64,000 bases of DNA, from NCBI GenBank assembly GCA_964597345.1, contig CAZQXK010000005.1, positions 10,144-74,143 on the forward strand, given 5' to 3'. The notes under the pieces were generated by a model. The model was given only the letters and a program-made list of their open reading frames with translations, ran no database searches and was not told the DNA's origin. The translations under genes and the position numbers were made by a program. This DNA is from an uncultured Thermodesulfobacteriota bacterium. Its GTDB lineage: Bacteria > Desulfobacterota > Desulfarculia > JACQYL01. This document shows, piece after piece, positions 50,138-59,582 of the stretch. Within the stretch, counting starts at the first letter, position 1. Each line of letters begins with the position of its first letter.

Positions 50138-50335
50138 TGCAGGCCGTTGAAAAACTCGATCTGCTGTAACGCCAAGGCGTGACGTTTCATCTTTTCTGCC
50201 TGTGCGTCCCACGCAGACAGGCGTCATTGCGCCGTACCGTATGTACGCCTCATTTCGCCACGCCGAAGGCGCGGCCTGCATCTCATCGTCTTACACCGGC
50301 CCGCCCGCAATACTTGTGCGTCAACGGGCTGTCAG
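50138..50335 (+). mobile_element. MITE-like repeat copy 11 (198 bp; carries an extra internal hairpin CTGCCTGTGCGTCCCACGCAGACAGGCG)
   Basis: GCAGGCCGTTGAAAAACTCGATCTGC...TAACGCCAAGGCGTGAC...insertion...CCGTATGTACGCC...TGTGCGTCAACGGGCTGT. Confidence 0.8.
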
Positions 50336-50558
50336 GGGCCCTTGTTTCGGCAGGGGAGGATAGGGTCCAACGCCTATCGCTTCCGGTCCCTGGAATATTC
50401 CAAGACATAAGACATGAAGACCAACAAAAAAGTCAGCCAAAAAACAGGCTGCCAGGACTGGGTATCCAGGAAGAATCGGGTGAGAAAAAGTGCGGCGCCG
50501 AGGCTCAGGGCGCAACGGATCAACAGTTTCAAGACGGGATTCATGCAAGGCCCTCATT

Positions 50559-50724
50559 TAACAGGCTGGTGAAAAACGCGACCTGCTGTCACGCTAAGGC
50601 GTGATGCTTCATCCTTCGTCATTGCGGCGTACGGGTTGTACGCCTCATTGCTCACCTTCGCGCGACTTTCATCGCATCGTCTTTGAGCAGCCTGTTCGAA
50701 ATGGTGTTTACCAACGGGCTGCTA
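50559..50724 (+). mobile_element. MITE-like repeat copy 12 (full); its right flanking TA lies inside the ruvB stop codon
   Basis: TA|ACAGGCTGGTGAAAAACGCGACCTGC, GTCACGCTAAGGCGTGAT hairpin (G-T/G-U compatible), ...CCAACGGGCTGC|TA(G). Confidence 0.85.
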
Positions 50725-51747
50725 GTATATCGAGTCTTGGATGGCGGGCCCCTTATGACCGAAGTATTCGAAGGCCAGCCGGGTCGCCACCCTGCCCCGA
50801 GGCGTTCTTTTCAAGAACCCCAGCTGTATCAGAAAGGGCTCATACACGTCTTCGATTGTGTCCTTCTCCTCTCCGATGGCTGCGGCCAATGTTTCCAATC
50901 CCAGGGGGCCCCCGTCGAATTTTTCGATGATGGTCAACAGAATCTTTCGATCCATACGGTCGAAACCGCGTTCGTCCACGTCCAGCATACACAGGGCGTG
51001 TCGGGCCACTTCCAAGGTGATGATCCCGTCTGCCCGGACCTGGGCGTAATCCCGTACCCTTCGCAGGAGCCTGTTGGCCACCCTGGGTGTGCCACGACTT
51101 CGGCGGGCGATCTCGAAAGCCCCGTCCGGTTGTATGGGAACCTTGAGAATCTGGGCGGTACGATTGACGATGTAGGTCAACTCTTCCGTCCCATAAAACT
51201 CCAGGTGCAATACCACGCCGAATCGATCTCTCAACGGAGGCGTGAGCAGCCCCGCTCGGGTGGTGGCGCCCACCAGCGTGAATGGAGGAAGGTCCAACTT
51301 GATGGAACGCGCCCCGGGACCCTGACCGATGACGATGTCCAGCTGGAAATCTTCCATCGCCGGATACAGGATTTCTTCCACTACGTGGCTTAAGCGATGT
51401 ATCTCATCGATGAACAACACGTCGTACGGATCCAGGTTCGTCAGGATGGCCGCCAGATCTCCGGGGCGGTCCAGGACGGGGCCGCTTGTGGCCTTGAGGT
51501 TGACGTTCAGCTCCCGGGAAATGATGTGAGCCAGGGAGGTTTTTCCCAGGCCGGGGTGTCCATGGCAGAGTACGTGGTCCATGGCTTCGCCCCGCTGCCG
51601 GGCGGCCTGGATACAGATACGAAGGTGTTCTTTTACTGGGCCCTGACCGATGTATTCGTCCAGTGAATTCGGTCTCAGGCTGACCTCTACCCGCTCCTCT
51701 CCGAGTTCCTGGACGGGATTCAGAACATCTCGCGGGTCATCGGACAT
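50722..51747 (-). CDS. ruvB: Holliday junction branch migration helicase RuvB
   Basis: Walker [21 protein letters not shown]; full-length RuvB. Confidence 0.95.
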   Translation of the reverse strand: MSDDPRDVLNPVQELGEERVEVSLRPNSLDEYIGQGPVKEHLRICIQAARQRGEAMDHVLCHGHPGLGKTSLAHIISRELNVNLKATSGPVLDRPGDLAAILTNLDPYDVLFIDEIHRLSHVVEEILYPAMEDFQLDIVIGQGPGARSIKLDLPPFTLVGATTRAGLLTPPLRDRFGVVLHLEFYGTEELTYIVNRTAQILKVPIQPDGAFEIARRSRGTPRVANRLLRRVRDYAQVRADGIITLEVARHALCMLDVDERGFDRMDRKILLTIIEKFDGGPLGLETLAAAIGEEKDTIEDVYEPFLIQLGFLKRTPRGRVATRLAFEYFGHKGPAIQDSIY

Positions 51748-52352
51748 CAGTCGGTCTCGTTAAGACGGCGCAGGGCCTGCCGAATAAGCGCTTCCAATTT
51801 GGGAGACTCGCTCTCGGGCTGGGCGAGTCCGTGAACGATCTCCTCCACTTCCTTGCGTCTGAATCCCAGGTTGACCAGCGCGGACACGGCATCCTCCAGA
51901 ATCCGAGGACGGGAAGCCTCCATGCCCGGTTTGAAGGAGAGGACGTCCAGACGTCCCAGCTTTTCAGAAAGCTCCACCACCAAACGCTCCGCCGTTTTCT
52001 TTCCCACGCCCGGTATAGCGTTGAGGCGACTCACATCGCGTCTTTGAATAGCTCCCCGCAGGTCTTCAGGGGGTATTCGGGAGAGGATGTTCATGGCTAC
52101 TTTCGGCCCTATACCCGAAATACCGATCAACCTGAGGAACAGTTCCTTTTCCAGAAGTGAACGGAATCCATACAGATGGATAGCGTCTTCTCTCACGTGC
52201 GTATGGATGTGGAGAGACACTTCCGAGTGCAATTCCGGTAACCGGCACAGTGTTTCCAGGGAGACCCAAACCCGGTATCCGACCCCATTCACCAGGACAA
52301 TTACGTGATCCGGCGCCTTTAAGGCGACGATGCCCTGTAGAGAGGCGATCAT
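51747..52352 (-). CDS. ruvA: Holliday junction DNA helicase RuvA
   Basis: MIASLQG...GVGYRV start, [12 protein letters not shown] HhH motif; start trimmed from the spurious upstream extension. Confidence 0.9.
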   Translation of the reverse strand: MIASLQGIVALKAPDHVIVLVNGVGYRVWVSLETLCRLPELHSEVSLHIHTHVREDAIHLYGFRSLLEKELFLRLIGISGIGPKVAMNILSRIPPEDLRGAIQRRDVSRLNAIPGVGKKTAERLVVELSEKLGRLDVLSFKPGMEASRPRILEDAVSALVNLGFRRKEVEEIVHGLAQPESESPKLEALIRQALRRLNETD

Positions 52353-52353
52353 C

Positions 52354-52851
52354 CTAGAGCCCTTTGTGGAGTTGGTCAAGAAACGAGCGTGAAACCTGGA
52401 GATGGCAGATGGCCGCGGCCAAGGCGTCGGCGGCATCCAGAGAACGCTTTCCGGTGTTTCCCAGTAAGATTCCCACCATTCTCTGCACCTGGGCTTTGGC
52501 CGCATGTCCGTAGCCCACGACGGACTTCTTGATCTCCAAAGGACTGTATTCATAAACCGTAAGCCCTGCATTTACCGCGGCCAGGAGCACCGCTCCACGG
52601 GCTTGTCCCAGCTTCAGCGCACTCTGCGGATTGCGGGCGAGGAACAAGGCTTCCACGGCCATTTCGTGGGGGCCCGTCTCTTCAATGGCGTGGGTCAGTT
52701 GGTCATAAATGCGTTTCAGCCTGGATGGAAACGAGGAATTCCGAGGCTGACGAATCGTGCCGTCGGCAATGAGGATCAGCCGGTTTCCTTTCTTTTCCAC
52801 GATTCCAAAGCCCGTGGCGTTGGAGCCCGGATCTACGCCGAGAATCCGCAT
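52354..52851 (-). CDS. ruvC: Crossover junction endodeoxyribonuclease RuvC
   Basis: MRILGVDPGS start, RNase H-like fold, acidic catalytic residues. Confidence 0.9.
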   Translation of the reverse strand: MRILGVDPGSNATGFGIVEKKGNRLILIADGTIRQPRNSSFPSRLKRIYDQLTHAIEETGPHEMAVEALFLARNPQSALKLGQARGAVLLAAVNAGLTVYEYSPLEIKKSVVGYGHAAKAQVQRMVGILLGNTGKRSLDAADALAAAICHLQVSRSFLDQLHKGL

Positions 52852-52854
52852 GGG

Positions 52855-53604
52855 CTATTTGTTCAAGGCCTCGAGTATGTCGTCGGGTATGTCGAAATTG
52901 GCATACACGTTCTGGACATCTTCGTTTTCCTCCAATACGTCCATCAACTTCAGCATCTTCTCCGCCTGTTCCCGGTTCAAAGGCACCGTGGATTGGGGAA
53001 TCATGGTGACTTCCGCCAGTTCCACGGGAATCGCTTTTTCCTCAATGGCCCGTCTTACCGATTCAAAATCCTCCAGGGCCGTGACCACATCGTACTCTGT
53101 TCCTTCATTCCGGACATCCTCCGCTCCGGCTTCCAGGACGGTTTCCATCAGGGTGTCTTCATCCACGCTTTCCGGTTTGACGACGATGAGCCCCTTTTTC
53201 TGAAAGATCCAGGATACGGCGCCGGCCTCGGCCATGCTGCGGCCGTATTTGCTGAAAATATGACGGACTTCCGCGACGGTACGATTCCTGTTATCGGTAA
53301 GACTCTCCACCAGAATGGCTACGCCGTTGGGACCATATCCCTCCAATACGGCTTCCTCATAACTCGTCCCTTCCAGTTCCCCGGTACCCTTCTTGATGGC
53401 TCTTTCGATGTTATCTTTAGGCATGTTGGCGGTCTTAGCCGCCAGCACGGCGGTTCTGAGGCGGGGATTGGATTCTGTATCGCCACCGCCTATGCGGGCG
53501 GCAACCGTGATTTCCCGGATCAGCTTGGTGAAGATCCTGCCGCGTTTTGCATCGGCGGCGCCTTTCTTGTGTTTGATCGTGCTCCATTTCGAATGACCCG
53601 ACAT
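52855..53604 (-). CDS. yebC: YebC/PmpR family DNA-binding transcriptional regulator
   Basis: [14 protein letters not shown] hallmark N-terminus. Confidence 0.9.
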   Translation of the reverse strand: MSGHSKWSTIKHKKGAADAKRGRIFTKLIREITVAARIGGGDTESNPRLRTAVLAAKTANMPKDNIERAIKKGTGELEGTSYEEAVLEGYGPNGVAILVESLTDNRNRTVAEVRHIFSKYGRSMAEAGAVSWIFQKKGLIVVKPESVDEDTLMETVLEAGAEDVRNEGTEYDVVTALEDFESVRRAIEEKAIPVELAEVTMIPQSTVPLNREQAEKMLKLMDVLEENEDVQNVYANFDIPDDILEALNK

Positions 53605-53616
53605 GTGCGTACTCCT

Positions 53617-54210
53617 TCAGATTTTGACATCCATTCCCAGGACGAATACCTCCCGACTTTCTTTTCGACTCGAGGGAGGTTTAAACACGCGGGCCGACTT
53701 GAACGCTCTTCGCGCTTCGGTGAGGAACACGTTGAACTCCTGACTCTGGAAAATTTTGCAGAAAAACACACCGTTGGGCTTCAACACCGCCAAGGCGATT
53801 TCCATGGCCCGTTTGGACAGTTCGTACGAACGGACTCCGTCCACGAACCGGTCTCCGCTCGTATCCGGGGCAAGATCGCTCAACACCACGTCAAACCGGG
53901 AGCATACGGCCTGGATTGTTTTCGGGTCCATCGTCAGAACGTCGGCTTGGATGAAATGGACTGCGGGAAAGTCCAACGCGGGCCGTCTGCGATCTACGGC
54001 CACCAGAGTCCCTGTCTTTCCTATGCGTTCCGCGCAATATTGAACCCATGAGCCTGGATGGCAACCCAAATCCAGTACGGCGTTTCCGGGTCGAATTAAA
54101 TGGACTTTCCGGTCCACCGTCTCCAATTTGAAGACCGACCGGGCAACGTACCCCCTTTCCTTCGCTTTTCGGGAAAAGGGGTCTTTTTGAAATCGGTTTA
54201 CCATAAGCAT
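53617..54210 (-). CDS. rlmE: 23S rRNA (uridine2552-2'-O)-methyltransferase RlmE/FtsJ
   Basis: RSVFKL, VLDLGCHPGSW, DLAP motifs. Confidence 0.85.
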   Translation of the reverse strand: MLMVNRFQKDPFSRKAKERGYVARSVFKLETVDRKVHLIRPGNAVLDLGCHPGSWVQYCAERIGKTGTLVAVDRRRPALDFPAVHFIQADVLTMDPKTIQAVCSRFDVVLSDLAPDTSGDRFVDGVRSYELSKRAMEIALAVLKPNGVFFCKIFQSQEFNVFLTEARRAFKSARVFKPPSSRKESREVFVLGMDVKI

Positions 54211-54317
54211 CTGAACGTATAAGTATATTCAGCCGGTAGAGCAAAAGTCAATTTCAAAGGATTGGGAGCTTGGGACGGGACAGAACGAAATCGAACGGGC
54301 CTGTTCGGTTCTCCGCT

Positions 54318-54473
54318 TAGCAAGTCGGTGAAATACACGATCTGCGGCTTTGTGCTTCATCCTTCGTCATTGCGGCGTACTGCAAGTACGCCTCATTCCT
54401 CAGGATTCGCCCGCTTTGCATTTCATCGTTTTTCACCGGCCTTCCCGTAATACAGTTTATCAACGGCGTGATA
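54318..54473 (+). mobile_element. MITE-like repeat copy 13 (lacks hairpin 1)
   Basis: TA|GCAAGTCGGTGAAATACACGATCTGC...GGCGTACTGCAAGTACGCC...CAGTTTATCAACGGCGTGA|TA. Confidence 0.8.
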
Positions 54474-54579
54474 GGAGCTTTTCCGGAGCTGCCTGAAGCG
54501 GCGTGAAAGCGGGTCACCGGATCAGTGTACGCAATCCGCCTGGGGCAATCCGGACATCCCCCGAAACTCCATCGATTGG

Positions 54580-55041
54580 TCAATTCCAACCCCACAGAAA
54601 TAGATGGTATACGAGGAGAACTCCATATAGAACTCCAATGGAGCACAGGGCCGTCTTCGCAACCGGGTGATGGTAATACGTTACGAGCAGAACGACACAC
54701 AGGGATGTGAGCGCATACTTGAGAAGAAAAAAGACGTAAGGTCCAATTTGGATCAGACCATCCATAAAGGGATTCAGTTCCCGGGCTCCCCGGGAGATAT
54801 GGATGAGTGTGTACAACCCGTCCGCCGCGCACAGGAGCATGACGGACAGTGCGATCAGCAACGGCCGTATCCCGTACTGGTCCACCCAGGGTTTCCGATA
54901 GGCGTCTTCGCGTCTCCGGATGCTCTTCCTTCGTCCTCGATGGGCGCCCAGACGGAACGGATTGGTGGTTTTTTTTCGTCGATCGACTTGGGTTCTGTAG
55001 GGCGGACTTCCGCCGGGCCGTGTAAAGGGGGGATCGGTCAT
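54580..55041 (-). CDS. Hypothetical membrane protein (DUF5658-like); start uncertain
   Basis: C-terminal ~90 aa forms three hydrophobic helices; the N-terminal Arg/Lys-rich 60 aa may be an artefact. Confidence 0.45.
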   Translation of the reverse strand: MTDPPFTRPGGSPPYRTQVDRRKKTTNPFRLGAHRGRRKSIRRREDAYRKPWVDQYGIRPLLIALSVMLLCAADGLYTLIHISRGARELNPFMDGLIQIGPYVFFLLKYALTSLCVVLLVTYYHHPVAKTALCSIGVLYGVLLVYHLFLWGWN

Positions 55042-55410
55042 AAGTCTGACAGTGATTCCGTTCTTGGTTTGTCAAAACTCCAAAGGCCACCGACACAAAC
55101 GTCGTGTAAGCCGGCGGCATGTTGTTGGATGTGAACCCGGGAATCCGGGGCGCAGGGCTGATTCCTTCATACCATTAAATGGAGTTCTCTACAAGGCATG
55201 AGCCGAGGATTCGAGAGGGGCCGTCCATCTGCGTCGGCGCGGGGTTCTTGTACCCGTTCGGGATTCCGTTGACTCCGGGTCTGTGCCCGCATATTCTGGT
55301 TCTCATGCCGTGGCGGCGCCGGATGATATAGACCCATCTCGCGCCGGACGAACGAAACAAAGACGAACGGTGCAACCGGGCCGGGAGATTCCCGGGGGGA
55401 GGATCCGATC

Positions 55411-55932
55411 ATGGAGCTTAGCGACAAGAGGGCCGTGATTTTGGCCGAGGATCTCTACAATGAAATGGAGCTTTGGTATCCTTATTATCGGCTCAGGGAA
55501 GCGGGATGTGATGTGACGTTGGTTGGATCGGGACGATCCAAGATATTTCACAGCAAAGCGGGGCTCCCTGTCGAGGTTCAGGCCGATGCGGATCAGGTGG
55601 CCGTATCGGATTATCATGCCGTCATCATTCCTGGGGGGTACGCCCCCGACCACATGCGGCGATATCCGGCCATGGTGAAGCTGGTGAGAGAGTTCTTCGA
55701 CCGGAACAAGGTGGTGGCTTCAATTTGTCACGCCGGCTGGATGCTTGCTTCCGCCGATATCGTAAGGGGTCGTACCGTGACGGCGTTCTTTTCGATCAAA
55801 GACGATCTGGTGAATGCGGGAGCGGTTTTCATAGACCGGGAAGTGGTAGTCGATGGAAACTTGATCACGAGCCGAAAGCCGGACGATTTGCCTGCCTTCA
55901 TGCGGGCCGTGATCTCCGCCATGGAAGCGTGA
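55411..55932 (+). CDS. DJ-1/PfpI family protein (type 1 glutamine amidotransferase-like)
   Basis: Catalytic ICHAGW nucleophile elbow and IIPGG motif. Confidence 0.85.
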   Translation: MELSDKRAVILAEDLYNEMELWYPYYRLREAGCDVTLVGSGRSKIFHSKAGLPVEVQADADQVAVSDYHAVIIPGGYAPDHMRRYPAMVKLVREFFDRNKVVASICHAGWMLASADIVRGRTVTAFFSIKDDLVNAGAVFIDREVVVDGNLITSRKPDDLPAFMRAVISAMEA

Positions 55933-56108
55933 GTCCGGAGAATGCCAGCGGACGAAGAAAGGTTCTCCATTTGGGTTTGGGGGGTCGGACGGATCACACC
56001 GGCCGGTATTCGGAGCGCGGGTCCTGTGGGAGGCGCCGTCATGACCCGCGGTGGTTTGAGGCAGCCGTATGCGGTGGGAATGCCCAGGTTCTTCCACCAG
56101 CGCGTTAT

Positions 56109-56305
56109 TAAACCGTGTGAGTGCGGGCCAATGCAAAACGATGAGATGCAAGGCGGGCGACTTCTGAGGAATGAGGCGTGCATACAGTACGTCGCAATGA
56201 CGCCTGTCTGCGCCTGCCTGTGCGCGTCCGCCCGCAGACAGGTGGACGCACAGGCAGAAAGGATGAAGCCTAACGACGCAGATCGAGTCTTTCAACGGCC
56301 TGCTA
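56109..56305 (-). mobile_element. MITE-like repeat copy 14, the only reverse-oriented copy; carries the extra-hairpin insertion; its flanking TA lies inside the stop codon of the downstream rRNA methyltransferase gene
   Basis: Reverse complement of the family consensus (AACGATGAGATGCAAGGCG..GAGGAATGAGGCGTGCATACAGTACG...CAACGGCCTGC|TA). Confidence 0.85.
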
Positions 56306-57490
56306 CAGGACTCTGCAGATCATTCCTTTGAGGTATTCCGACTCCGGGAATGAAATCAAGACGGGATGGTCGTTGGATTGGCTCAACGGTTCGAGTATCT
56401 GAAGGTGGCGACCCGCGTCCATGGAGGCGGCCGACACCGTCTTTCGAAAAAACTCGGCGGGCATGTTTCCGGAACAAGAAAAGGTGGCCAGGATTCCTCC
56501 CGGGTGAAGCAGTTTGACGGCCAGGAGATTGATGTCCTTGTATCCTCGAGCCGCACGGTCCAGGTGGGCTCTCGAATGAGCGAACTTCGGGGGATCCAGG
56601 ATTACCATACCGAAAGAACGGTTCTCGTCCCGGTAACGCCGCAACAGATGGAATGCATCGCCTTCCACCGCATGCCCGGGTGGAGAAGGGTATCCGTTTC
56701 GCTCCATATTTCGGTCCGATAGTGACAAGGCTTGGGGGGAGACGTCCATCCGGATGACAGAACGGGCTCCGGCGCCTATTGCGTACACCGAGAATGCGCC
56801 GGTGTACGTGAAGCAATCCAAGACGTCCCTTCCTGTTGCGTATCGGGCCACCGAAGGCCGGTTTCGGCGTTGGTCCAGATAGAACCCCGTTTTATGCCCG
56901 CCCTTCACATCCACCAGAAATGTGTACCCGTTCTCGCGGATCTCTAGTACACCGGAAGGCTCTCGGCCTCTCAGTGCTCCGGCCACGGGTTCCAGACCCT
57001 CCAGGGATCTAGCCCGGACGTCGCTTCGTTCGTAAATTCCGGAGGGATGAACCAGACTCATCAATAGATCGACCAAAAGATGCTTGACCTTTTCGATGCC
57101 CGCGGTCAGGCTCTGGACCACTACAAAATCCTCATACCGGTCCACGATCAGGCCCGGTAAAAGGTCCGCTTCTCCGTATACCAGCCTTAAGGCGCTGGTG
57201 GAACCGTAATCGGGCGAATCCATGCGCGCCTGGATGGCGCGTTGCAGGTGTTGCTCCCACCAATCGGCATCCACACGGAGGCTTTCGCTCGATTCCAGCA
57301 GCCTCACCCGGATTTGGGAACAAGGGTTGTAGTATCCCCAGGCCAGGAATTGATTTCGGGCGTCCACGACACGAACGATGTCGCCCGGCTCCGGATTTCC
57401 CAAGACCCGATCCACAGCTCCGGAAAAAACCCATGGATGACGGCGATGAACCGATCGATCCCGGTCATGTTTGAGTTGAACTCGGATCAT
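56303..57490 (-). CDS. Class I SAM-dependent rRNA methyltransferase, RlmI-like (PUA + MTase)
   Basis: RHPWVF PUA-like start and C-terminal MTase motifs (DCFTYTGAFS, DPPKF). Confidence 0.8.
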   Translation of the reverse strand: MIRVQLKHDRDRSVHRRHPWVFSGAVDRVLGNPEPGDIVRVVDARNQFLAWGYYNPCSQIRVRLLESSESLRVDADWWEQHLQRAIQARMDSPDYGSTSALRLVYGEADLLPGLIVDRYEDFVVVQSLTAGIEKVKHLLVDLLMSLVHPSGIYERSDVRARSLEGLEPVAGALRGREPSGVLEIRENGYTFLVDVKGGHKTGFYLDQRRNRPSVARYATGRDVLDCFTYTGAFSVYAIGAGARSVIRMDVSPQALSLSDRNMERNGYPSPPGHAVEGDAFHLLRRYRDENRSFGMVILDPPKFAHSRAHLDRAARGYKDINLLAVKLLHPGGILATFSCSGNMPAEFFRKTVSAASMDAGRHLQILEPLSQSNDHPVLISFPESEYLKGMICRVL

Positions 57491-57675
57491 GCCGCCAACA
57501 GCGGGAACCGGATCAGGAATGTTCCCACTGCGCTAACCTCCTGTACGGACGAAAGACCACGGTAAGCCGGGAAAAGCCGTTTCAGCCGGGGTGAATCTAT
57601 TCTACGGTTACGGATCCGTCAAACTGAAAGCCGCCTTTTGATGTATTCAGGATCGATCCTTGTCTCTTTCATCCT

Positions 57676-57834
57676 TATCCGACTGGTGAAAGACGCGACC
57701 TGCTGTCACGCCAACAGCGTGACGGCTCATCCTCCGTCATTGCGGCATACTGTATGTACGCCGCATGCCTAAGGATTCGTGGGCCTTGTATCTCATCGTT
57801 CTTTGCCGGTCCGCCCGCAGACTTCATATCATTA
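57676..57834 (+). mobile_element. MITE-like repeat copy 15 (degenerate right end)
   Basis: TA|TCCGACTGGTGAAAGACGCGACCTGC, GTCACGCCAACAGCGTGAC hairpin, GGCATACTGTATGTACGCC...CCGCCCGCAGAC.. Confidence 0.75.
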
Positions 57835-57872
57835 GGTCGATTCACGGTGGAGAAGTGGGTCATTGTCGGTGC

Positions 57873-58508
57873 TCAGCCGGGAACCGCGCTCTGAATCTGC
57901 TGAAAACCCGTTACCATGAACTGGACGGCTATTACGGCAAGGAGCAGCCCCAAAAGCCGGGTCACCACGCGAATACCGCTGATACCGATGGCATCGAAAA
58001 TCCGTGCTCCAAAACGGAAAACACCGTAAACAACCGTGCAGGAGATCAGAATGGAAAGCAGGAGCAAAGCCAGGTGAACGGACTGTCCCGATTGATCTCT
58101 CCAGACCAGAACCGCCGTAATGGCTCCCGGACCGGCGAGCAGGGGGGTGGCCAAAGGAACCAACGCAACGTTTTGTCGGGTCATTCGTTCCTCTTCCTCT
58201 TCCGAAGAGGTCTTGAATCCCGCGCCGATGAGGTTCAGCATCTGCAATGCATGCACGAAAAAGACAAAGCCTCCGGCGAGTTGAAAGGCGGGGAGGCTGA
58301 TGGCGAAAAACAGGAGCACATAGTCTCCGGTGAGGCAGAAAAATACGAGAATCAGACCCGCTGTCACCGCCGCCGTGCGGGCGATCCGGTTGCGCTCCGC
58401 ATGGCGGTCTCTTTCGGTAAGGGCCAGAAAGGGCCCCAAATTACCCAACGGGTCCATGATGATGAGCAGTGGGATCAGAATTTTCAGAAAAGAATGAACC
58501 AGTTCCAT
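57873..58508 (-). CDS. MarC family (UPF0056) integral membrane protein
   Basis: MarC family pattern (LLIIMDPLGNLGPFLAL) and six hydrophobic segments. Confidence 0.8.
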   Translation of the reverse strand: MELVHSFLKILIPLLIIMDPLGNLGPFLALTERDRHAERNRIARTAAVTAGLILVFFCLTGDYVLLFFAISLPAFQLAGGFVFFVHALQMLNLIGAGFKTSSEEEEERMTRQNVALVPLATPLLAGPGAITAVLVWRDQSGQSVHLALLLLSILISCTVVYGVFRFGARIFDAIGISGIRVVTRLLGLLLAVIAVQFMVTGFQQIQSAVPG

Positions 58509-58870
58509 GAGGTGCACCCTGAGAGGGTATCGCTGAAACGGTCGAGACACAAGCCCCGGAGCCCTAAAGCATTCCGGTGGAACATCGCGTCAATGGCGCC
58601 TGCGTGCGGCGCGCTCCTGCCGGAAAAGACGTTCGATGAGCGCCCTTGGACGGCGGCGGCCCGTCGCCGGAGTGGGGGTTTATCGCCTTGCCCCAGTCTC
58701 GGACTTGGGACCGCCGGGGTAATTTCAACTTCCAAGCCCCAGGCAGGAATTGCCGTCCCCCGGGCAACGACCTCCTGTTTCCGGGTCGCGGGAGCCGCCG
58801 GCTTAATCGGTTCCGAATCGGACCCGGCCACAGGAAGGATCATGACGTCCCAACAGAGGTTCGATGGAAA

Positions 58871-59179
58871 TCACGGCTTCTTGAGTTTGTCGATCATTTC
58901 TTCGACTTCGCGGGCGCCTTTTTCGTACAGTCTGGGCTCATCCGGGGCAAGCTCTTTCAGAAGCCTGAGAAATTCCCCGGCGTGCACGATCTCTTCCTCG
59001 GCGATGTCGTAGAGAACCTCTTTGGCCAATTCGTGGTCAATAGACTCCGCCAACTGCACATAGAGTTGGACGGCTTCATACTCGGCGGCGATCATGTATC
59101 GCACGGCTCGAATCAACTCCTCGTGCGTCAGTTTTCGGTCCTTGGCCAAACCGGAAAAGGCCGTGGTGAATTCGGGCAT
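58871..59179 (-). CDS. Ferritin-like (EncFtn/rubrerythrin-like half-ferritin) small protein, no encapsulin targeting tail
   Basis: AAEYEAVQLY...AEEEIVHAGEF parallels the EncFtn EELEAVDWY...EEKEHAAMTLEW metal-binding helices; 102 aa. Confidence 0.5.
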   Translation of the reverse strand: MPEFTTAFSGLAKDRKLTHEELIRAVRYMIAAEYEAVQLYVQLAESIDHELAKEVLYDIAEEEIVHAGEFLRLLKELAPDEPRLYEKGAREVEEMIDKLKKP

Positions 59180-59460
59180 AAAGCACCTCCTGTTTCAATT
59201 TCACGTCATGGCGGAATGTACCGCCGTCGAGCCTTGAAGTGAACTATCGTTTTCAACCCTGCACGGAACGCCGCCATATGTGAGCGCAAAGCTCCAACGC
59301 GTCCCTGCCGGCGATAACTCCCAGGCCGAACTGTACCCAAGGCTGAGCCCCCTTGTCAACGAACTCGCCGCATGAAGGGATGCGACATGGTCCCATCATG
59401 AGTCGGAGCGTTCAAGAAACTACCTTCGGGCTGCTGGGTCACTATGACGGAGTGCGGTGT

Positions 59461-59489
59461 TTGACCTCGTCTTCCCGCGGAAGTATAAG
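59461..59489 (+). promoter_or_regulatory. Candidate sigma70 promoter (TTGACC-N17-TATAAG) for the 59583 gene
   Basis: Good -35/-10 with a 17-nt spacer, about 95 bp upstream of the ATG. Confidence 0.4.
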
Positions 59490-59582
59490 GAAATATAGGG
59501 ATCGGGAAAAATAACTCGGAAGCCTTCCGCAGATATGCGGATTCCCAAGCGGCATGCAAGGGTCTTCTGGAGGAATACAAGG

